NCBI GenBank assembly: GCA_044222475.1
Contig: JBGANF010000017.1
Span: 1-64,000, forward strand
Direction: 5' to 3'
DNA length: 64,000 bases
Origin: Polyangiaceae bacterium
GTDB lineage: Bacteria > Myxococcota_A > Polyangia > Polyangiales > Polyangiaceae
Part shown: one piece after another, positions 58,723-64,000 of the stretch
How positions within the stretch are numbered: the stretch's first letter is position 1
How the letters are laid out: every line of letters begins with the position of its first letter
Translations under genes and position numbers: made by a program
Notes under the pieces: generated by a model
Database searches by the model: none
Told to the model about the DNA's origin: nothing
The model's input: the letters and a program-made list of their open reading frames with translations, nothing else

Positions 58723-58968
58723 TTGCTCCCTCCGAGCGAGGCGCCCGCCCGTCCAGGCCCTACACGCACTTCTCCATAACGGTCCCAAGGTACCGAACCC
58801 GGAGTGATCCGGCGGAGAGAGCGCTGCGCGGTCTCGCGTCCTGCGAGATCGCGAGTGCGTGCCCACTGCCGGCGCGAGCCATTGCGTCGGTAAGGGCGGC
58901 CGTACCAAAAGAACGTCCCTCACGGGACCAGGCTTGGACACTCGGACGCCTCGCTCGGGGCGGAGCAA
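58723..58968 (+). ncRNA. Candidate large structured ncRNA of unrecognised family
   Basis: Long closing stem 58723-58759/58931-58968 enclosing several nested helices; G-U pairs favour the + strand; no credible ORF. Confidence 0.6.
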
Positions 58969-59082
58969 CTCACCTCGCAGGCTTCTCCGCTGGACGGAGA
59001 GGAGAGAAGGAGAGGAGAGAAGCAGGGGTGCCCCCCACAGTTGATCTTCGCTTCACGCAACGCCGTGCTCGGCGACGTGCTC

Positions 59083-59143
59083 GCCTTTTCTGGCGGATAC
59101 GCGATGTCCCAAAGAGGGACACGCTGCACCTGCCAGAAAAGGC
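59083..59143. repeat. Inverted repeat / long hairpin
   Basis: GCCTTTTCTGGC (59083-94) / GCCAGAAAAGGC (59132-43) perfect 12 bp; inner TGTCCC/GGGACA. Confidence 0.8.
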
Positions 59144-59169
59144 TGCGCGCGACGCCTGCGCGCGGCGTT

Positions 59170-59210
59170 AGGCCCCCCAAGCTCGGCGCTTCGCGCCGAG
59201 CGGGGGGCCT
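59170..59210. repeat. REP-like GC-rich hairpin
   Basis: AGGCCCCCC-AA-GCTCGGCGC-TTC-GCGCCGAGC-GGGGGGCCT (9+9 bp stems). Confidence 0.75.
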
Positions 59211-59213
59211 CTG

Positions 59214-59367
59214 CCGCTTCCGCTACCCGCTACCCGCTACGCGCTTCCGCTTCCGTTTCGGTTTCCGCTTCCGCTTCCGCTTCCGCTTCCGCTTCCGCTT
59301 CCGCTTCCGCTTCCGCTTCCGCTTCCGCTTCCGCTTCCGCTTCCGCCTCCGCCTCCGCTTCCGCTTC
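59214..59367. repeat. Microsatellite (CGCTTC)x21 (59242-59367) preceded by a few CCCGCTA-type 7-mers
   Basis: Counted directly; four variant units (CGTTTC, GGTTTC, two CGCCTC). Confidence 0.95.
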
Positions 59368-59428
59368 CGAATTGCCGCGGCTACTTGACTGGCGGCCTCA
59401 TCGTGACCATCTATGCCGTATTCAAGTC

Positions 59429-60046
59429 ATGCGTCGGCGTCCTCGCCAGCTCGAGCTACCGATGTTCCGTCACGGCGGTGCGCGCCGCGGTGCGGGTCGC
59501 CCGCAAACGTCGCGGTTCGTGTCGCACGTTGCGCGGCCGCGCTTCGATGGGGCGCACGCGCCGCTGCACGTCACGCTGCGCATGGATCCTCGGGTGTGGA
59601 ACCTCCGCAGCCAGCGTGGGTTCGCCTGCGTCGCCCACGCGCTCCGCGCGGAGCGTTCGCGCGGCGAGCTTCGGGTCGTCCACTTCTCGGTCCAGGGGAA
59701 TCACGTGCACCTCGTGGTCGAGGCGAACGACCAGGCGACGCTCTCGCGTCGCATGCAGGGCTTCGGCGTGCGTCTCGCGCGCCGCATCAACGTGATGATG
59801 GGGCGCCGTCGCGGTCGCGTCCTCGCGGATCGCTATCACGCGCGTGCTCTTCGCACCCCGCGCGAGGTGCATCGGGTGATTCGCTACGTGCTGAACAATC
59901 ACGCCAAGCACGCGCGGCAAGCGGGGCGCACCGCGCCGCCGATCGATCGCTACTCGTCGTGGGCGACCGCAGCGGTAGGCCCGCCGTTGACGTCGGGGCC
60001 CGTCACTTGGCTCCTCGAGAGCGGTTTCCAGCGCGCCGGGCCGTGA
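59429..60046 (+). mobile_element. HUH/Y1 tyrosine transposase, RAYT / IS200-like
   Basis: HVTLR; FSVQGNHVHLVVE (HUH); GRVLADRYH; IRYVLNN (catalytic Tyr); N-terminal HGGARRGAGRP. Confidence 0.88.
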
Positions 60047-60476
60047 TCGCGGCGATCTGGACCTCGTCTTGGACGACGATGCGCCCCGGCGTTCGCGTGA
60101 CGGCCATCTCGACGAAGAACCCCTGACTCGCGAGCAACCGCGCGAGCGCCCAGAGTCGGCGAACGAACCGCTGCGCGTCGCTGCGGAGGAAGAACAGCGC
60201 GCGCGAATCGCGCGGGTCCGGCGCTGGCAGGTCGCGCGAGAACCCGGCGAGCATCTCGCGGAGCTCGTCGCGCGCCCACGGCTCGAGCGCGTCGCCATCG
60301 AGCGCGCGGCCCGCGAGCGCGAAGATGCCCGGGATGGGCACCGGTCCTCCGCCGGCCGACCCGAAGCGAAGAAACCGCGGCGAACGCTCCGGAGGCCCGA
60401 CGCGAGGCAGCGCCGCCGCGGCGTCCCAATCGACGATGCGCGGACGCGTGCGCGACCGACGGCGAAAATAGCCCAT
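60003..60476 (-). CDS. Hypothetical protein
   Basis: 157 aa; FLRF..GIF..ALFF..TPGRIVVQDEVQIAA; overlaps the transposase 3' end by 44 bp. Confidence 0.6.
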   Translation of the reverse strand: MGYFRRRSRTRPRIVDWDAAAALPRVGPPERSPRFLRFGSAGGGPVPIPGIFALAGRALDGDALEPWARDELREMLAGFSRDLPAPDPRDSRALFFLRSDAQRFVRRLWALARLLASQGFFVEMAVTRTPGRIVVQDEVQIAAITARRAGNRSRGAK

Positions 60477-60661
60477 GCGAGAATCGACGGATCAGTCCGC
60501 GCTGGCTGACCTCGCATTGCTCGCCTCGCGCGCTAGTCTCTCGGGGTGCGCATCCGACTCGTCGCCGCCGCGGTCGCGCTCGTTGCCGGAACGACGACGA
60601 GCTTCTTCGGAGGGCGCTACGACCCGCCACACGACGAAGACGCGCTCGTCGCCGAGCTCGC
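60450..60661. repeat. Direct repeat copy 1 (~212 bp: upstream region + first ~38 codons)
   Basis: Aligns without gaps to 61488-61699 (offset 1038); 56-bp identical core at 60585-60640. Confidence 0.9.
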
Positions 60662-61466
60662 GAAGGTCGAACCGTCGCATGCAATCCCCGACGACGTGCA
60701 TCTGCCCGAGGTGCAGCGAGCGCGCGTGATTCCGCGGGGACGAGTCGTCGGCGAAGCACACCCGACGCTGCAACGCGACACGCTCGACGTAGCGCTCAGT
60801 CCCACGAAGCTGAGCGTCAACGGCCGCGAGGTCCTCCGTGTCCCGAGCGATCTCAGTCGCGGCATCGCTCCGCTGCACTCGTCGGGATACCGGATCGTGC
60901 CGCTCGACGAGGCCGTCGCTTGGGAGTCGCGCATCCTCCAGGCAGCGGGTGGCAAGGCGAGCTACGCGAACCTCTTCATCGACGAGTCCACCCCGTACGA
61001 GGCCGTCCTGCAGCTCGTTCGTGCGATCGATCTGAGCCCTCGCTTCGTCGTTCGTACTCGATCGACCGGGATGGGCTACGTCAGCTTCGTTCTCGGGAAC
61101 GCATATCGCAACGAGTTCGCACCGCCTGTCACGCTTCGCGGCGCGGAAGTTGAAATCGCGGGCACACACTTTCCCCCAATCGAGGGTCGCGTCGACCAGG
61201 TGAGTGTCAGTCAGTTCTTCGCGACCGCTCCCGGCGAGAACTTCCGCGACATGCTTGCCGCGTTCGTCTACGGAGCGCCCAGCTTCGTCGATCTCGTCAG
61301 CCTACTCGCGACTCTCGACGAGATCAGCAACGGCCGCGAACCGCAGTGGACCGTCTGTCGCGAGCACCCGGACTGCTTCCGGGGCGTGCTCTTTGGCAAT
61401 CGCACGGGGCTCGCCCCCGGCGAGGTGGGCCCCATCGACGAAGCCAGAATGAAGCTCGCCTGGTGA
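60546..61466 (+). CDS. Secreted/anchored protein with ExbD/TolR-like motifs (cassette 1)
   Basis: Hydrophobic N-terminus; LFIDESTPYEAVLQLV and PSFVDLVSLLATL resemble the ExbD periplasmic motif. Confidence 0.6.
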   Translation: MRIRLVAAAVALVAGTTTSFFGGRYDPPHDEDALVAELAKVEPSHAIPDDVHLPEVQRARVIPRGRVVGEAHPTLQRDTLDVALSPTKLSVNGREVLRVPSDLSRGIAPLHSSGYRIVPLDEAVAWESRILQAAGGKASYANLFIDESTPYEAVLQLVRAIDLSPRFVVRTRSTGMGYVSFVLGNAYRNEFAPPVTLRGAEVEIAGTHFPPIEGRVDQVSVSQFFATAPGENFRDMLAAFVYGAPSFVDLVSLLATLDEISNGREPQWTVCREHPDCFRGVLFGNRTGLAPGEVGPIDEARMKLAW

Positions 61467-61487
61467 CGAATCGCGCCGCGGCCGAGC

Positions 61488-61699
61488 GCGCGACCGACGA
61501 CGAAAATGGCCGACGCGAGAATCGACGGATCAGTCCGTGCTGGCTGACCTCGCATCGTCCGGTTCACGCGGTAGTCTCTCGGGGTGCGGATCCGAATCGT
61601 CGTCGCCGCGGTCGTGTTGCTCGCCGGAACGACGACGAGCTTCTTCGGAGGGCGCTACGACCCGCCACACGACGAAGAAGCGCTCGTCGCCGAGCTCGC
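61488..61699. repeat. Direct repeat copy 2
   Basis: See copy 1. Confidence 0.9.
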
Positions 61700-62486
61700 A
61701 AGGCGCTCTGACGTCACGCAATCGATGCTGCGCGACGTGAGACTCCCGGTCATCAATGGCGGCAGCAGCGGTGGGTCGGGCAAGCGCGCTCGGAACGCTG
61801 GGGGGCCCCCTTCGTCTCGTGGACTCGACCACGTCGATGTCGTGGTGACGGTCACGTCTCTCCGCGTCGGCGGTCGCGAAGTGGCCTCCCTTCCCATCGA
61901 TCCGCTCCAGACATCGGGCTCCACCATCCTTCCTCTTGCGCAAGCCGTCGCGTTCGAGCGCGAGGTGGTCGTCGCCGCTGGCGGCTCGCCATCCGTCGTT
62001 CACCTCTACGTCGACGAAGGGACGCCCTACGAAACGTTCCGCGCCGTCGCCGCATCGTTCGACGTTCCGGTCCGTCTCGCGGCCCGCGCACGCGAAAGCG
62101 GCACAGTCGTGTTCGTGAGCTGGAACGTTTATGCGCCGGCTATTCAAATGAGCGAGTTCGCAATCGACGCTCGCCTTGCGAACGGCCTGCTCGTGCTCGC
62201 AAATCCGACTGGCTTCAGCCCGGGATGCTACCGAATTCCACCGATCGACGGACATGTCGATCTCCCGACGGCCGCTTCTTGTGTGGCTCCGACCGACTGC
62301 GGCGCCTCGATCATTCGAGTATCGGGCGGCGTCGACTTCGGAGACTTCGTCAAGCTGGTCGCCATCCTCGATGCCGTCAGCGACGAGGCTGCGCCGTACT
62401 GGGACCTGTGTCGTCACTCCGATTGCATCGCGCGAGCCGAAGCTCGCCAGCCAAGACGCATTCCCGTCACCGACCTCGTGCCGTAA
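61584..62486 (+). CDS. Secreted/anchored protein with ExbD/TolR-like motifs (cassette 2)
   Basis: Same N-terminus (AGTTTSFFGGRYDPPHDE); LYVDEGTPYETFRAV and VDFGDFVKLVAILD. Confidence 0.6.
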   Translation: MRIRIVVAAVVLLAGTTTSFFGGRYDPPHDEEALVAELARRSDVTQSMLRDVRLPVINGGSSGGSGKRARNAGGPPSSRGLDHVDVVVTVTSLRVGGREVASLPIDPLQTSGSTILPLAQAVAFEREVVVAAGGSPSVVHLYVDEGTPYETFRAVAASFDVPVRLAARARESGTVVFVSWNVYAPAIQMSEFAIDARLANGLLVLANPTGFSPGCYRIPPIDGHVDLPTAASCVAPTDCGASIIRVSGGVDFGDFVKLVAILDAVSDEAAPYWDLCRHSDCIARAEARQPRRIPVTDLVP

Positions 62487-63090
62487 GCGTCGACCGGGCC
62501 AACCCCCGCATCTGCAGCGCGATGGACTCCTTCAGAAACGGATCCAGCGCCTCCTCGATCGAGTACGCCCCCCGCAACCACCCGAGCAGCGCGCTGAAGT
62601 ACAGCGCGAACAGGTTCACCGCCGCTCGCATTGGCTCCACTGACGCATCGACCTCACCGCGGCGCTGCGCATCGACGACCAACCCGCCGATGCGTCCGAA
62701 GAACGACATCGTCATCGCATCGGCGGCCTTCGCGTTCGGCCCGTCGTGTCCTTGCGGCACCGTGCGCACGAACGCCATCGCGATCTTCGGGTGCCGCGCG
62801 TACATGCGAAACAGCGTGCCGAACACGTGAAGGAGCTGCGCCTCGAGCGTTCCTCCCGAAAGCGTGTCGAACGCCTCGTCCACCGTCCGCGCGAGACGAT
62901 CGTGCATCACCAGGAACAGCAGATCCTTCTTGTCCGACGCGTACAGGAACAGCGTCCCAGTCGCGATGCCCGCCCGCTCGGCGACGTCCTTGGTCGTCGT
63001 CGCGTCGTAGCCCTTCGTCGTGAAGAGCTCCCAGGCCGCTCGCCGCACGCGCTCGCGCTTTTCGACCTTGTTCTGCTCCCGCCGTCCCAT
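62467..63090 (-). CDS. TetR/AcrR family transcriptional regulator
   Basis: AAWELFTTKGYDATTTKDVAERAGIATGTLFLYASDKKDLL. Confidence 0.95.
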   Translation of the reverse strand: MGRREQNKVEKRERVRRAAWELFTTKGYDATTTKDVAERAGIATGTLFLYASDKKDLLFLVMHDRLARTVDEAFDTLSGGTLEAQLLHVFGTLFRMYARHPKIAMAFVRTVPQGHDGPNAKAADAMTMSFFGRIGGLVVDAQRRGEVDASVEPMRAAVNLFALYFSALLGWLRGAYSIEEALDPFLKESIALQMRGLARSTLTARGR

Positions 63091-63117
63091 GGGCCCTTGT
63101 CTCACGGCAGAGGTGCC

Positions 63118-63148
63118 GCTACAAACTGACTATGGTCAGTTTTGTAGC
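63118..63148. promoter_or_regulatory. Palindromic operator, probably bound by the adjacent TetR
   Basis: GCTACAAACTGAC-TATG-GTCAGTTTTGTAGC between divergent genes. Confidence 0.7.
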
Positions 63149-63731
63149 ACACCCTGACGCGACGATGCGCGAAGCTCGCGCCCAGTACTTCGAGGCCAAT
63201 CACTTCGGCGAGGACGGCGGCTACGGCTCGAAATGGGTCGACTTCAAGCTCGGCCCGCTGCCGTTCCCCATCCCGAACTCGGCGGCTCGCGTGCGCGCCG
63301 TTCGCTACCACGATCTCCACCACGTGCTCACCGGCTACGAGACCGACTTCCGCGGCGAGCTCGAGATCTCGGCGTGGGAGATCGGTGCAGGATGCAAGGA
63401 CTTCGTGGCCGCGTGGCAGCTCAACCTCGGCGGGATGGCGGGCGGCGTCTTCTTGATCCCGGTGCGCACGTTCCGCGCGTTCGTGCGCGGTCGCCACGCG
63501 CGCAGCCTCTACGGCGCGCCGCTCGAAGAGCTCCTCGACGCCAAGGTCGAAGACGTCCGCGCGCGCATGGGCGTCGAGCCGTCTCCCAAAGCCAGCGCCA
63601 CCGACGTCCTGTTGTTCGTCCTCGCCAGCCTGGCCGGGCTCGTCGTCGGCCTCGCGACGCTTGCGCTGTTCCTCCCGCTCATGCCGATCGGACTCGTCGC
63701 GCTGAACCTTCGTCGCGCCGCATCGGGCTGA
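63132..63731 (+). CDS. Membrane protein with Coq4-like HDxxH motif
   Basis: YHDLHHVLTGYETDFRGELEISAWE; C-terminal TM helices. Start may be 63165. Confidence 0.7.
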   Translation: MVSFVAHPDATMREARAQYFEANHFGEDGGYGSKWVDFKLGPLPFPIPNSAARVRAVRYHDLHHVLTGYETDFRGELEISAWEIGAGCKDFVAAWQLNLGGMAGGVFLIPVRTFRAFVRGRHARSLYGAPLEELLDAKVEDVRARMGVEPSPKASATDVLLFVLASLAGLVVGLATLALFLPLMPIGLVALNLRRAASG

Positions 63732-63744
63732 TACCATCTCGTCG

Positions 63745-64000
63745 GTGCGCGGCGAGATCACCGAGACGCTCCCCGCTTCGTGCGAGGCTGCCTTCGACCT
63801 GACCCACGATTACACGCGGCGCCTCGACTGGGACACGCTCCTCTCTGCCGCCTACCTCGAGGACGGCGCGACCCAAGCCGCCCGCGGCGCGAAAGCGACG
63901 TGCGTGGGCGTCGGCTGGCTCTCGCGGTTCGCGCTCACCACCGTCTACGTCTCGTTCGATCGGCCGCGTGTCGCCGCGGTGAAGATGGTCCCAGGACCTA
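63745..64000 (+). CDS. SRPBCC/polyketide-cyclase-like protein, partial
   Basis: Own translation: MRGEITETLPASCEAAFDLTHDYTRRLDWDTLL...YVSFDRPRVAAVKM; runs off the window edge. Confidence 0.7.
   Translation, partial: MRGEITETLPASCEAAFDLTHDYTRRLDWDTLLSAAYLEDGATQAARGAKATCVGVGWLSRFALTTVYVSFDRPRVAAVKMVPGP

Noticed and set aside
58776..58906. rRNA gene or simple 23S pseudogene
   Set aside because: Only three short motifs match, in non-colinear order, with no other rRNA sequence around them. Kept as a mimic hypothesis instead.
58723..58968. 6S RNA, RNase P RNA, tmRNA or SRP RNA
   Set aside because: No GAGGAAAGTCC (RNase P), tRNA-like ends (tmRNA) or SRP loop motif. The multibranch interior does not fit the 6S rod, although 6S cannot be fully excluded without Rfam.
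59214..59367. CRISPR array
   Set aside because: Contiguous hexamers without spacers; no cas genes in the window.
59041..59388. ORF encoding (RF)n
   Set aside because: It is a translation of the CGCTTC microsatellite and hairpins. The minus-strand (EA)n frame has no start codon between stops.
59385..59413. Sigma-70 promoter for the transposase
   Set aside because: TTGACT is a good -35, but there is no convincing -10 at 16-18 bp spacing.
60450..61699. Integron attC cassettes
   Set aside because: No RYYYAAC/GTTRRRY ends and no integrase; the repeat extends into coding sequence.

Overview
A 64 kb, very GC-rich bacterial chromosomal segment. Its gene content (many Cys-rich lipoproteins with DAG/DAA linkers, FHA and PEGA proteins, a Ser/Thr kinase-ATPase-TPR protein, a sigma-54 activator) suggests Myxococcota, probably Polyangiales; this is inference. 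About 65 CDSs are supported. Housekeeping genes include aspS, prmC, aat, rseP, nudC, a PMM/PGM, a cyclophilin and an agmatinase. Two regions stand out. (1) 6.1-19.4 kb is a glycan-tailoring-like cluster: two radical SAM/SPASM enzymes, GT2 and GT4 glycosyltransferases, an ABC exporter, a methyltransferase, a GH5-like hydrolase, and a deacetylase-GT2 fusion ending in a cysteine-less radical-SAM-like domain. (2) 58.7-62.5 kb, after aspS, holds a ~245 nt highly structured non-coding element carrying rearranged copies of 23S rRNA helix 68/69/70 motifs. It is followed by REP-like hairpins, a (CGCTTC)21 microsatellite, a RAYT-like HUH/Y1 transposase and two tandem cassettes with conserved 5' ends and divergent 3' ends. 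No rRNA operon, tRNA or CRISPR array was recognised. All calls come from reading motifs by eye; no database searches were run, and start codons are best estimates.
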